A stretch of 64,000 bases of DNA from Perna viridis (taxonomy: Eukaryota), in contig CM074512.1 of NCBI GenBank assembly GCA_037379345.1, forward strand, positions 44,144,001 to 44,208,000. Direction: 5' to 3'. The notes beneath the pieces were generated by a model. It searched no databases. It saw only the letters and a list, made by a program, of their open reading frames with translations, and was not told the DNA's origin. The position numbers and the translations under genes were made by a program. Shown here piece by piece: positions 35,325 to 49,136 of this stretch; position 1 is the first letter of the stretch, and each line of letters starts with the position of its first letter.

Positions 35325-38300
35325 AAAACAAATAACGCACAAAAGAAAACACTAAACTATGACTTAGAAAATGACTCTTGTACCGATATGTACGTGTATG
35401 TATCGTCACGAGACATTTTGGGAATATAATTGCCCAGCTGAGCGAGAATTTATTTTAAAAATGCCACGAAAAATATTAACAATTAATTAACACAACTTTC
35501 GAAGAATAAGCGAATTCTTTTAATACAAAACGAGTCTGATTACGCCCAGATGAAACTTTTGATTTTAAGTGTTTTCTAGGGGCTACTTTTTTTTTCTCCC
35601 CAACGCTGCTTTTAACCTATCTGACGAGTTTCTGTGGGTTGGGAGTTTCTCATTATAATGTAAGATCAGTCAGGTAAATCACGTAGCGAAGAGAAGGACA
35701 TAGATTTGAAATTTATCTCCACATTTTTTCATGTAGTTTTGTAAATGTTAATTAAACCTTCATTTCTATCAGAGGAGTCATACCCTTGTTAAAGCACGTA
35801 CTCTTGTTCGCTCGTACTTAATCCAGTGTTATTAGCTTGGAAGTTAAAGTGGCTGTGTAAATGTTATCAAAATTAGCTTTATTTTACATTTTTTTGTTTT
35901 AAATCTTCTTTATAACTCGCTGCGTCATAACTAGTATATGTTTAAAAGAAATATTTGGGGTGTCAGTAATGAAATGGAATTCTACTAAATAATGGTTTAT
36001 GAATCTTTTTTTCTTTTGTGTATTACCAAGCAAAGAACATTTATATCCTTACCATTGGCAGTGCGTGAAGTCGAACAAACGCCAAATGAAATAAGCACCT
36101 GTGATTTCCATTTCTAGTAGCTTCTGGCAATGTCTTTTTATCTAAATTATCACAATATCAGTGCAATAATAAAAACTTTCTGAAACATAAAACAAAAAGA
36201 TGCATAAACAAATCGCCTACCTCTAAAAATGCCGGTATTTTCCATTACTTTAACTGTTCTCTCTCATTGTCTTCCCAAAGGCAGATGGTAAAACTAGAAA
36301 AGTACTCTACAAAAAAGACTAGTTCACCAACAGCTATTGAAAATATGATATTGTTCAGAGATGTATGCTGTAAACTATCTCGTATTACTCCCTTTTTTTC
36401 TTTGTTGATATGGATTAATGCTATTGTCATTATAAGAAAAAAAAAAGAACCATAAGGGTCAATTCTAGGCATGTATATACCCCAGTGCATGTTTGTGTTT
36501 TTATTTGAAACAAATAACGTGTAAACCAGTAAAAATGTACATCAAAAGTGTCTATAAATATACTTTGAGTGTAGCTAACATTTAGTTGCATGTGCCGCTA
36601 AAACTAGGAGTTATTCGTTTCCTGTTTATATTCACTAAGTAAACCGGAAGCTTAAAATACCGGTGCTTCGTAATTACATTTTTGTTGTGACAACACTTCA
36701 TCTAAATATTTGATGTTTGGGCTGTCATTATATTAAGCTTTTAAGTCAAGAATCAAATCGAGTGCTAAACATGGTTACAAAATTCTTTATCTTTGAATCA
36801 ACAAATTGTTTTAAAATTATATGGTCGTTTTCGTTAAACTGTGTATTTCTTATGGCAATCTATGACGCAGGAAGAAAAAACTTACCAAATAATATAAGAT
36901 TCCTTGCAAATCCCTAGAAATGATCATGTCAACTCAGAAAAAGGAAAGAAAAGAAGAGAAAGAAGAAAAAAAAATGCTGCAACAGCCACCAGAATATTTG
37001 CAATATATTTGATTTACTTCATTTTCTTTGAAAAACTAGGAAAAAAAATATGCATTCTAGCAAAGGCTTTCCATGTACTGGTTTCACTACATGTCGCCAA
37101 ACCACCTGAACCTACTAACCGATCTTATAGTTAAAATTGATATTTTTAACAAAAAAAAAAATAATAATAATAAAATAGACACACATAAATTCGGTCTTAA
37201 TTTCACCCTGCATATTGCAACCGAAATCATCGACAGGAGACAGTTACAAAATCGAAATATGAAAGCCATGAATGAAGTATTTACATCAGTATAGGTTAAA
37301 TACGTGGATTGTTTTGTAATACGGCGGTAGACATTTTATCACTTATTGCAATATCAAATGTTCAAAGCTAGTAAAATCGCTTATCTTTGTAAACATTATG
37401 TAATGGTAGATTTTAACATCGTATAACTCACAAGATCTTGATGAAATTACAAGGATAAATCTTACTTTGAAACCATTGTAAAAACACCAGTGAATGATCT
37501 TGTATAAGCACAAAGCGCTTCCCTAACTATGTATGTTTGATCACTCAACTGAAGGTGCAATAGTAACGGCAGATTTAAACACTACATGTTATCTACTCAG
37601 TTCAGTTTTAAAGAACAGCTGAAACGGCTAAAATTATTTGATTTAATCCACATTGCAAAATATAAAAATATTAATTAAGATACTGGATCACTGCATTAAA
37701 TTGATATACACACGTACACTTTATGGACGCAGGAACTATATGATAGGAATATATGTAAGCTAAGCACTTTATTCTGTCCCTCTGTTAGGGATAACGTACG
37801 GGCAATGACAGTGTGTGCTATCGTCAAGCTTCTGCATATTAGGTAAGATAAGTACCTCTGATGAGGTTTCTATAGATACAAATTAAACCAAATACAGTTG
37901 AGTTATATTTATGCAAACGCACTGACTTTCAGATATGAAAACAAAATTATAAATGTAAAAGAAGAAAAAATATATAAAATGTCTTTTGATGCTATGTAGA
38001 AGCTGGAAAATATGTGCATGACGTCTGTCATGATTCGATCCTTTGTGTGGGAAGAAATCACGTTCTTAGTGAACCAAGTAAAGGAGATATCTCCATTTTA
38101 AACTGAAACAAGAGTAACATACAGTCTGAAAAATTTCGGAATACTGAGGTAAGGGTTTCTAATTCATTTTCTAGGAAGATAACTGATTGTTTCCTAAGTG
38201 TGCATGCATACTTCAGGGACATATTTAGCACTCCACTGTTTGCATCCGCCCTTTGAAACAACTTTTACTTTAAATGAGAAGACTATTTTAATATGTAAGT

Positions 38301-41300
38301 CACGAATATCGAAAGTAATCTGTTAAATGTTCATGAAAATTTAAATTGAAAAAAAATTTCTTCTCTTAACTAATTAATCGCGATTCATAATAAGGAAATT
38401 TGAATTTCCCGCGAATAAAGATGCCACCATGATCGGGTGAGCTGTGACGGCGTCACGAAGTCGGTTTGTAAAGTGAAAGTAAATGAAGCTCCACTCGCTT
38501 CCTCTCTTACTAACCGTTATCTGGTTTCCTGGTTAATATCGCAAGCGACCCTAGGGTTGCTAAAATGTATATTATACTTGAGGGAAACTTGTGGAACGAA
38601 ATTGTTACCCGGGCTTCCAGGTTAACGTTTGACAATCGGATAACCTCGCGTAAAATCATTCGCTTTTCCCTACTTTGACATGAAGATTCTTGCATTTTCT
38701 GAAAGGGCTGGCTGTGGCGCCTAGAGTGAGTTTCAAACGTCAGACGCTGTTCGGAGCTTGAAAGTAAATAGATAGTTGATTACGATGTCCAAAGAAAGCT
38801 CAAATTTGTTACTTTTCTCCATTGCAATCCAAAATACACAGACAAAATTGAGGCACAAAATGTTAGCAAATGTGAGAAAATATTGACGAACGATGGTTTT
38901 TGCATCTAGAAGACTAGTATTTCTGAGGAAATTCTAATGGCTACTTCCCGAGAGCGTTCATGTTGCTGGTCAAAAAACAGTTTGAATATTTCTCTTTTAT
39001 CATTTTTGTAATCATAAACTTGACAAGACAGCATTTTTGGTGATAAGAAAAACATGATCGTAGAAATATTTACGGAATATTCTTTGTTTACATATTAATA
39101 TGCAGTACTTGTATCAGCATCAAACCGACTTAGTTACATCACGAGCTAATCGGAAGCTATCGGTAAAAATCAATAAAGTCTGCATATGATCAACACAATC
39201 GATTCCTTCAGATAAAAGAGTTTTGCAAGATGGCTATTCACATACATCCCAAAGATTTCGAATTTTACATAGCCTTGCGCATTTTACAAAAGCGTATTTT
39301 GCATTAAAGGTTATTTAATTTGGGTTACATGTGTATGATTTTTCATTATAGCCCAACTTAATCAAAAGTGGCCTTCCTTTTAATAACAACGCACTTGCAA
39401 GCAAGAAAAATCATTCGTGAATTATATTAGACAACACTCTAGGGTAAAGGTTTGGAAAACTTATATTATTTGAGAATCTCATAGAATAATTGTTTCTTCA
39501 TTTCGAAAATGTCCAGAAAACATTATAACAGTATTCAATGTAACTAGATATGTCACTAATATATGAGCAATTTGTCTATAATTTACATGTAACAAAACAT
39601 TTCATTTTGTGCTTTTAACACCATAATACTTACACACATACAGTTTAATAATTTTGGTATCTAGGGGGGTCTGTATTTCTGTAGGACCGTAGCAGGAGAT
39701 TGTGGAGTAACCCTGACGCCCTTGGACGCAAAGGAGCGCAAAAACAAGCTTAAAGTTCGTTAAAGTTTAGATTCCCTATATATATTTCTGGCAGAAGGTT
39801 GTTATGTCCAACTTTTTCTCGCTGATGGTTCATAAATCAGTCTTGATAGTATGTATTCCATAATGTATGTATCATTGTGTTCATAACATAAGGCTACTTC
39901 AACCGTTTTCGATATGTTTTGTAATCGTGTATAGTAGTCTATGATGTACATTGCTTTTCCCTTGTGTAATGATCTCAATACCCAAGTATTTTGGATTTAA
40001 TAATCAATTATCATAATGCTGATAACGCGAATGATTCGTACTTGTTTTCAGGAGTTGGGTGTGTTCGGGAATTATCTCTGTTTTACCGGTACACACGGCA
40101 TAGCACGTTCATCAAAATCATGCCAAATTCCAAACAACAAATCGAACGCACCTGGTAATTGTAAGACGGGATCAGAACAACCAGCAATGACAGAGACATT
40201 TTAAGTTTATTGTTACATTACCTAGAACATCAAACAGGCATACAAGATCAGACGATACCTACATCGAAACAAACAGTTCGTGTTTATAATGCATTTTATC
40301 GCTCTTTCCAAACTTGTTTCTTCAAATTTGTTCAGCACCTGCACTATATCATGCTAACAAAAATGTTTACTAAAAGGGTACTTGTATTGCAATCTTTCTT
40401 ATATTCTTGGTTTATCGAGACTTCTCTCTGGAAATTTCAAGATGTCAAAATATTACATCGCGTTTTGGCAGAAGATAGCTACAGGTGGTTTCCCGCCAAA
40501 ATAATTAGAAAACCAGGTATTGTTATAGGATTTAAACATAATCTGCCACGAGTAAACAATATTGAAAATCAGTTAATTCTAAAAATTGAGCGATTTAACA
40601 TCAGCTGTATAAAATAATTGTTCCAAATTGCTTTTATCAAAATCAATGTCGTTCCCCTTTCTGTGGTTTGATATTATTGCACCAGGAGTGCAATGGTAAC
40701 GAACCGTAGACAGATAGCTGTCCGGAGATCGACTCATAGTTTATATAAGTTTATTTGGTACGGATCGCCCACGATATACAATATCCGTATTTTCAGCCTA
40801 AATGATTAAATTATAGCGTATCTGATAGCAAGAAATGCTATAAATACATATTTGTTTATCAATTATCTAATAAATACCGCACTTTTTTACTTTAAACAAT
40901 TTTCTCGGCGTTTCTAAAAATACCCTCATGACACTATACGTTTTACGAAAGCTTTAATTTCTAGAATAGTTTTCAGGGTTAAGATAACAATTCGTTTGAA
41001 CTATTGCCTTCGCAGAGGTTAGTAAAACCAAAATAGCCATTTTAATCACGTGTTTACAGGTATATTCATAAATTGCAAAATACTGGAACAAAGCATAAAC
41101 AAAAAATAAAGAATTAAAAAAAAACAAGAAAAAAGGCAAACAAACAAAAAAAAAGAAAAAAAAAATGTCTTGATATATCTTCTGAAAACTAGAATTGTAA
41201 AAGAAAAAGTGCAAAGGAATTGATTTGACAGAACTTGATATCAGAACTTGTGTGTTGTTCATGACAATTTGTACATCATTAAATGTTACAAATTATCGAA

Positions 41301-44300
41301 GTCAAGTGAAACTGTCAACTTCTTTTGAAATTTGAATCAGATTTCCAAAGATGCTTTACACATAACGAATAACGTTTTAAAAATACGTAAGAGTTTTGTA
41401 AGAGGAGTAGATGTGTCAAACATAATATACCACCATCTGACGTTGATTATTTATCTATACCTGTAATATTACAAAGTGTTTTTCGTGACCTAATCATTAA
41501 ATATTAGCATTTGAGGTACTAGTAAAAATACAAAAAAAAAAGTCCACGAAGCATGTCCTCACACAATGAGGTCAATTCGTGGGCATATCTCTCAATTTGT
41601 TTAATCAGTGAATGAATATTCAAGTATGTTTGTCACATAATGATTACAAACATGATGGGACAGGGGACAGCCTTGTTATCAGTGCATGTATATATTAAAA
41701 GAATTTTAGTCGTATCAGTTGTGTTGAATGTACTTAATGAAAGTCATATGCAGGGAGTTCAGACAACACAATCAGGAGAACCATTGCAGTACTTAGGTTA
41801 AATTTAACCTATGAACGATATTAAATGAAATGTAAGCGGAGAAAGGCGGCTTCAACTCCTTACAAATATACGAGCAGAATGGTAACATATGTAAGACACT
41901 AACGAGTCACAAATCCAATAAATGGATAATAATACATATGTATGTGCGATAAAACTAGTAGGAACTTTTATTTACCTTTTTTCTTAAAAATGATTTTTTT
42001 TTTCAAAAACAAAGAAAATTCTTAGAATCTTTAAAGGTGGTCAATTACAAGGTAAATCCCCTTTCACATGAAATTAGTGTGATAACAAGGGAAATGCCTG
42101 TGGAAAAGTTTGCCTGTATAACTGTGCGTTCGTTTGATTTACCATTTAGGTAAACACGAATTTGTCAGGTTTTGTTTGTTTACAAGTTACATTAAATATT
42201 ATTTCCTTGTATGAACAATGAGATCAAATAACGTGTCAACGTCGTGTTTCAACATACCATATATGCACCTGCCTAATTAGCGTAATTGAAAAAATCTCTG
42301 TCAATAAATCAGTGGTGGGAGGAATCCATGTACATTTAAAATTTTGTGGTCAGCGCAGTTGCTGTCTGCTAGTTCAGGTGTTCGCTTACGCCATCTTCGC
42401 CAAGTTCGAATGACGTCATGTATATACTAATAGATTCCGAAAGTTTCGCACTTGTCCCCTAGAACAACTTTGTTCATATCACGCCACGGACAGCATAAGG
42501 AGGTGTGTGTATACAATACTTCTTGTACCTATGAACACGTGATAATTTTGTGTTCATGGAGTTTGTAGTGGTTTTCCTGTTCCGTGAACGTTTTCTCTTT
42601 CTATCACAACTTACTACGTTTAATTAAATAGGTGTCATACCACTATTTCTGGTCTCCATAATTTTCTGTGTTAAATTCAGCTATCAATAAGGCTAAAAAC
42701 ATTTTTTACATCAGTACAGATGGTGCTGGTGGGGTTTTTCATTAAGATGGTCTCCCTCTACCTTAACTCTCATAAAAATACCAACATAGTTTATGTGCCT
42801 AAAATGCGATAAAGTGAAAGTAGACAGGTGTAGAATTCACTACTTCCGTTTTGAAATTAAGTCATACCAAAGTGCCTAAAGTTTTTGTTCAGAATTGTTT
42901 TATCCTACACTGAAAAAAGTTTTTAGGTTACTGCTGATTCATTCAGATGACACCAAATTTGTATACATGTACCTCTACTAAACTAGGAGAATGATAGAGT
43001 GCAATATTAGGACTACTTTGTGTCATTACTTTACTCTTTTCTTGCATGTGCAGGCGACTGATCTCCTAAATAGGATTGTGGAGGTCTGGTGAAGTCAAGT
43101 GATTTGTGGTCAGACTGGGTCTGGTATTTGATAGTACTTGTATACCACTCAAAAGGCTAGATGTTATAAAATAGCTTGGCATTTAGACAATAGAAACTCA
43201 GCGTTGCTTCATAGCTATTCCCTATTTGAAAACAAGAAGACGTAGCAGGAAATAGCTTCACTATAATCATTCGGAGAAGCCAACTTCTCTCTGGACAAGC
43301 CTTATCACTTTATATTTATCTCCTATTGATGTTTTTATTATTATTTGAAATGTTTTAAACAAGTTGCTCGTACAAGACCTTAAGTTTTTTTAACTATTGC
43401 AAAATGACAATTTATGGATACATGATTGTAAGGAATATTACTAGTTTCATAAAAAATATAGGCGAAAGAACTCGCTCGTTTCATAATTTAATTGAAATTC
43501 CAGAGTTGTCTAATTTGTAACGCATCGACCATGTCCTTTCCAAATCGGCGATTAAAACTACTATATACACATAACCGAAAGAAGAATTAAATTCTCTTTT
43601 TCATTACATATGACTATGATGAAACATTGACAACTTCCTTCTAATAGAACTATTCCAGTTCCTAGTACAAAAGGCGTGGTGTTTGGACTTTTTACTAATG
43701 GCCTGAGCTATTAAGCGGAGGATTAAGGAATTCTGATTCCTCGTTTATAAAGTCTAGCCTCACTTTTACCTCTTTCATTCATGAAATGCATTATCAATGC
43801 AATGCACTTTGGTTTATCTTTTAATTTGATTTCCTCTATGAAAAGCATCGGAAACATAAATAAAACAAGTGGTTTTACGGCTGCGACTTCTTCTGATCTG
43901 TACCGTTACGCAATATACGTGTACATGTAGCCAAGGCACAAAGAACTAGAGTGCGCGATGAATGAACGGATTGATGCGATTTTAACTTAATTTAGATCTT
44001 CCTTTGATGATTTGCATGATATGGGGGTGTATTTAATCATATGAATTTTAGCAGAGATTGATGTATCTGGCTCTAAATTAACTTATCCTGTTTCTGCTTA
44101 TACTTTTAGTCTGGAAAGTGAGGTGTTATGTTAAATAAAAACAGATCACCGATTCCCACCTCTGATGGCTATTTTAGAAATGTTCGTGTTTTATTTGTTT
44201 CTGGCACTTTTACAGTAAATGCATTACTAAAGGTGTAAACATGTGAAGTTATGAAGGGGTTCTCTGGGCGAAAACCTTGCCTATTATCTAATTATGAGAA

Positions 44301-46199
44301 TATACGTCAGAACAAGTGTCATCTCTATTTGTTGAACAAGTAAAGATTCTGACCGGTCTTTAAATAACTCGTGCAATTAGCTCATTGGTTTTCTGACTCC
44401 AATATTCAGTAATTCTTAAAGCAGAAGCCTTGAATATAAAAAAGAAATGTTTCGGGCTTTTGAAAAGGTCATTCCCTGTTTTTAAATATAGTAACGCCGG
44501 GATATTACAAAGATTTCGAAGACGTATGTGAATCAGGTTATGTACGGGTAAAAATATTTTGTTGGTCGATTAGAAATTCGTGTTTGTTACATGCACTCAT
44601 CAAAGTATACTGTTTTATAAATGAGAAACCAAAATTCAAATTCATGACAAGAATAAGTTCTAAGGATAAATTAACGGCATCTGCCGCTGCTCATCAAAAA
44701 CAATTAACGGTCAGGTCGTACAAGTAGTAATTACAAGTTTGACAAGTTACTGAACTCATTATTACTTACAATTCATAATAATAACATAGACATTTTGACA
44801 TATGTGCGTACCTGTTTACTAATGATAACAGATGACCATCAACAAAGAATGACCGGTCCACAACGTCAATAAAAAATGTCCCTGTCAGAAATGTATTATT
44901 GCCATGTCACTTTTACAAGTTGTTTTTATTAATTATCTGATAGTTATAGTGACTGTACTACCAGTTTTTGCTATTTGCAGTTGTAAGGAAGTTGGTTTTC
45001 ATATTGACAATAATATAGAAATTATGTTATTTTTCTTTTCATTTATTACACGTGTAGTTTAAAACTTGTGGTTTGTTTTCTCTCTCGTATGTGTAGGATG
45101 ACCGCGAAGATTGATACTTTCCATGGTATCTAGCCGTTCCCCGATTTTTTTTCAGAAATTAAAACAGAAACGCACAAAATGAAATTTAAGTTAAAACGAA
45201 TTCCACTAATTGCATTGCCGTCTTCAAAGTTAAAAATCCAAAGTTCCAATTAATAGATTAAAAAGATTTTAATTGGCGTCAGATGTTAACGTAACTGAGT
45301 CAAACCAACAATTAAAGATTATCAGAATTGTACAGAATATCAACAAAATGTTAAAAATCACGTTACTTTCAGTTGCTTCAACATAACAATTAACTGTAAG
45401 TGTTTGTAAGAATCAGGCAAAATGGGAAAAAATCAGAAACATGCATGTCGAAACCCCACCAATCTGACAATGTAATATCACTCAAGGATACTTTCTCTAT
45501 TTGAAAAGACCGTTATTTGATCTCTGCATCACTGGCTTTGCGCAGAATTTTTTTCAATAGAATCTTAGAAAAATGAGGTTTGAGTGACAGTTATATCTGC
45601 CTTGAAATGTTCATTTTCTGTGCGTTTCAGTGATACTGTCACTCAATGGTCTAGCATGATATGGAAAATTGTCTGTTTTCCTTGATTCTGATGGTGCAAA
45701 TAGTCAAAATGTTTTTTTTTCATACCATGTTTCACCGACTAACTGATTCTTACAGGGACTGATAGTAATGACCAGTATTTCACGTATGTAATAACAACTA
45801 TAACGAAATAAGTCATAAAATTATTTAAAATATTTAAAAAACGATCAAGTCATGAATAGTAACAAAGTCCTTCGCAGAGAATTGACATTAACATGTAAAT
45901 CATAAAAAATCGTCTATAAAATCGTTATAATCGTCTATGAAAAACTACAAAAAGACTTTTCAAGCTTAGCTCTAATCTCTAAATGGGGACAACGTTATCC
46001 TGTAACCCATCGCCGTTTCGATAGCCCAGATGTTTCGACACAAAAGCTGACACAACTCTTTACAGTAAATGGCTTTAGCCCGGAAAATAGAGCAAGCACG
46101 GGACAATGTGCATGGTTTTGTATGTTTTTAAAGTAAACTCCTTATTGACACGAACACCAAAGGCCAGTCTATTAAAGTTAAAAGGTTATTAGCTTAAAC

Positions 46200-46460
46200 A
46201 GTAGCGCAGGTGCACGACCTATTTTCCTTAAGGAGGCGGAGCCCGCCAGTCTTTTTTCCTTTAAAGCCCTTGTCACAATGCGCATTCCCATAAATTGTTT
46301 TCAAAAATAAGTAATACTTTACCAATTTCTGACTGTCAAACACCTGGTCGAGGTAAAGACAGAAAAGGAACAAATTGCTCTGCTTTAAAATAAGTGACAG
46401 GGGCGGAATTGTTTTTTTCTGTTTTCGTTGTAAAGGGGCGGTTAACATTGGTTCAATTGA
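46200..46460 (+). promoter_or_regulatory. GC-box-containing promoter- or enhancer-like island
   Basis: GGGGCGG at about 46399 and 46436, GGCGGAG at about 46235, TGCGCA, ATTGG, and E-boxes at 46207 and 46341, all in an otherwise AT-rich region. Confidence 0.4.
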
Positions 46461-48807
46461 AGTGCTACAATGGTTGTTTAATAGGTGTCTTTTCAATAAG
46501 TAAACGGAGTTTATTTTGGTGTTATTTTCCAATTTTTATAGAAAGTAGGACCTGCGTTCTCGATCGTTACTGTTTCAAGAAGTTTGTTTGATAATTTTCT
46601 ACTTACATGCACTTTTAAATAACAAAAACATTAATAAAGTTCAAAGACATGTTAAAAACGTATTGAGACAATCCAGACTTAGCAAAAAGGCAAACACCAA
46701 TCTTTCCCATAATCCTTTAATTAACCTTTAAGGTATGATTACAAGTGAAGGTAAACACACTAGAGAGTCAGAAAACCACAGACTTTTATGAATGACGAAT
46801 GCATGCATAAATTTTGTGAATGTTCTGAAATCCTTGTAACAGCCGGATCCATTACAATGGAAGGACGTGACGTCGCCTTGTTAAGCAAGAGAATGTGGTT
46901 TGATGAAAATTGTACTTCCACATTCGTCAAAGTTGTAGGACAGATAAACCACAATCTCTGATAGGAAGCAGAGAAAACTCGAAAACGAAAAAATAAAGAC
47001 TATATCAGTCTGACTTAACCATATCCTCTGTTTGCTTTTGTTGATGAAGCTGTGCATGCGACATGTCTGTTAACAGGAGTACACACTGCAGATCTGGCTA
47101 TGATCAAAATTGATATCTTGTGAATGAAAAATTATGATATGATCATTTGATTGCTGAATAACACAAGTTTTCAATAAAAAATACTAAACAGAATTATTTT
47201 TACGTTCGAATGTTATTTGTTGAGCATTCCCAGCTGAAGTGGTGCGATCGGTCGTCAGATTAAACAACTCGTCATTGAACTTTCATTCCATAGCAGGTTT
47301 TGTCTGTTCAATATGAGAGCGGCCATGCTTTTCGATATTATTGTCTCAGGCTAATAAGGTGGTCCAAATCTTTTAGTAATACATGTACATGTATAGCCCA
47401 TTGAGAATGAGTTTATTTAATTTATCTTCGTAAAGTAGTTCTATGAAAGAGTTCAGTCGTTCTATGGTATGTTTCTATAGAACCAGTGAGATTGCAGTTG
47501 TTGTGTGACCTTAATCACATACCAGTACTAGTTACGAAATACAGCAGTTTTAGGTGGACTAAGTCGATCACCAGCTAGCCATAGATAAATCGTTCTAGTG
47601 TATCTATTGCTGTACGCATTTGTCGTGATCGACGAAACATCTGTCTGGAAAAAAATCCTTCTAAAACTGTCTTCATCGAACTTAGATATCATGGCACATT
47701 TGGTCTCAATTAGGGCAAACTATTTTGTGGAATGACTGAGATTTTAGATATAATGGTGTCTTATTTCTTTGAAATTGTTTCGTTCTCGACATGTCTTAAC
47801 ATTAGAATAGCAAAGTTAGTTTGGAAAATGTCCACGAGACGGCATTTCCAATAGTTAACAAGTAATATACAATAAATGACTATTTTTGCGTGATGTTATT
47901 TATTAACTTATATTTCTGTTAGGTACATTAAATAAACCCAATTGTTGGAACATGTTTGTAGGTTACAGTTAGACGGACTGCAAAAACAGCAAGAATAACT
48001 GGATTTTCTGATTAATTTTGCTTTAATATAAATTTCTTCATTTTCTTTATTCACGTAAAAAAAAGACTAATATCCAGACAACCGACATAATTATTACGGC
48101 ATATTTTAAACTAAGGATATCACTTCTTCACCTCAAAATCCCAAATTAACCGACATGCCGTAAATACCCAAAGAATATCAATCTACCCCCATAACTTGAA
48201 GGGTATATATAAAAGGGATGGAAGTGTTAGTTTATCTGTTTATGATACGTAGGAATGAGTGAGAGGGTCTTTATTTAGTAGACTTTATCATTGTTTACAG
48301 GTTATTAAGCGAGTAAACTTTTCGTTGTAATTTTATTTTATGACCAAATATATGTTTGCACAGCTGTTTCGGTCCTTTTACGTATCTGAGAAGTTCTTAA
48401 TTTCAAATTTACCAGAATTTAGTTGTCACTTTGCCTACGATGGTTTACACCTACAAATTATACATGGAATGTATCTACTTACATTCTATTTGCTTTGGAC
48501 GAAAATGTTGAAAATTTGTCATTTTATGCTACTATATTTTTTTTCAAATTGTTAAACCCACTTATGAAGTATATTGCTAGATAAATTATACTCAAATGTA
48601 TTTGTGGGATAGACAATTTTTATTATTTAAGTAAAGTATTATACGGAAGATAGTGGGATAAAATACTTTTTCCAGATCATTCGAAAAAAGAAATGTCACT
48701 AACACGCACTCATCTTCTTTAATTATTCAACTTTATTTCCGGGTTGCTTTTTATTCGACCAAGTCATTAGTAGTCGTGTTTTTATGATTTAATTGAAATT
48801 TCTTCTG

Positions 48808-48983
48808 CAGGAGCGGATTCAGGATCTCAGGTTGGGGGAGGGGGGGGGGCGTAAATAGAATTAAAGAAAATTTGGAGTAAAATTTATGGAAAATCAAGAT
48901 TTTATATATAACAAAAAATAATAATAATTCTACGGGGGGTGGGGTGCGTACGTAAGGCACACCCGTCCTTGGATTCGCGCCTG
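48808..48983. mobile_element. ~176 bp G-rich MITE
   Basis: TIRs caggagcggattcagg and cttggattcgcgcctg; direct repeat ttctg on both flanks (48803-48807, 48984-48988). Confidence 0.65.
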
Positions 48984-49073
48984 TTCTGTAACCATGTTCT
49001 GACTTAAAAAGTAAAATAAATCAAATTTCACATTCGTATTCTCGACTTTTTCGGTTATCTGGTCATGTCGATA

Positions 49074-49136
49074 TAATCATAAGTTTGTCCATACATTCCC
49101 AGATTTAATCATAAGTTTGTCCATACATTTCCAGAT
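49074..49136. repeat. Tandem duplication, 2 x 32 bp
   Basis: taatcataagtttgtccatacattYccagat starts at 49074 and at 49106. Confidence 0.9.

Noticed and set aside
37858-37880. CTGATGAG hammerhead-like core (also CTGACGAG at about 35621)
   Set aside because: No stem II followed by GAAA, so no hammerhead fold is possible.
38905-38950. agaagactagt, resembling the miR-7 5' end (also gtagaattcac at about 42830, resembling miR-182/183)
   Set aside because: Only partial matches with no convincing precursor hairpin; I recognised no known miRNA in the window.
48204-48232. Strong TATATATAAAAGGG box with TTAGTT downstream
   Set aside because: Spacing to the Inr-like motif is short (21-25 nt) and no clear exon follows; such motifs are common in AT-rich DNA.
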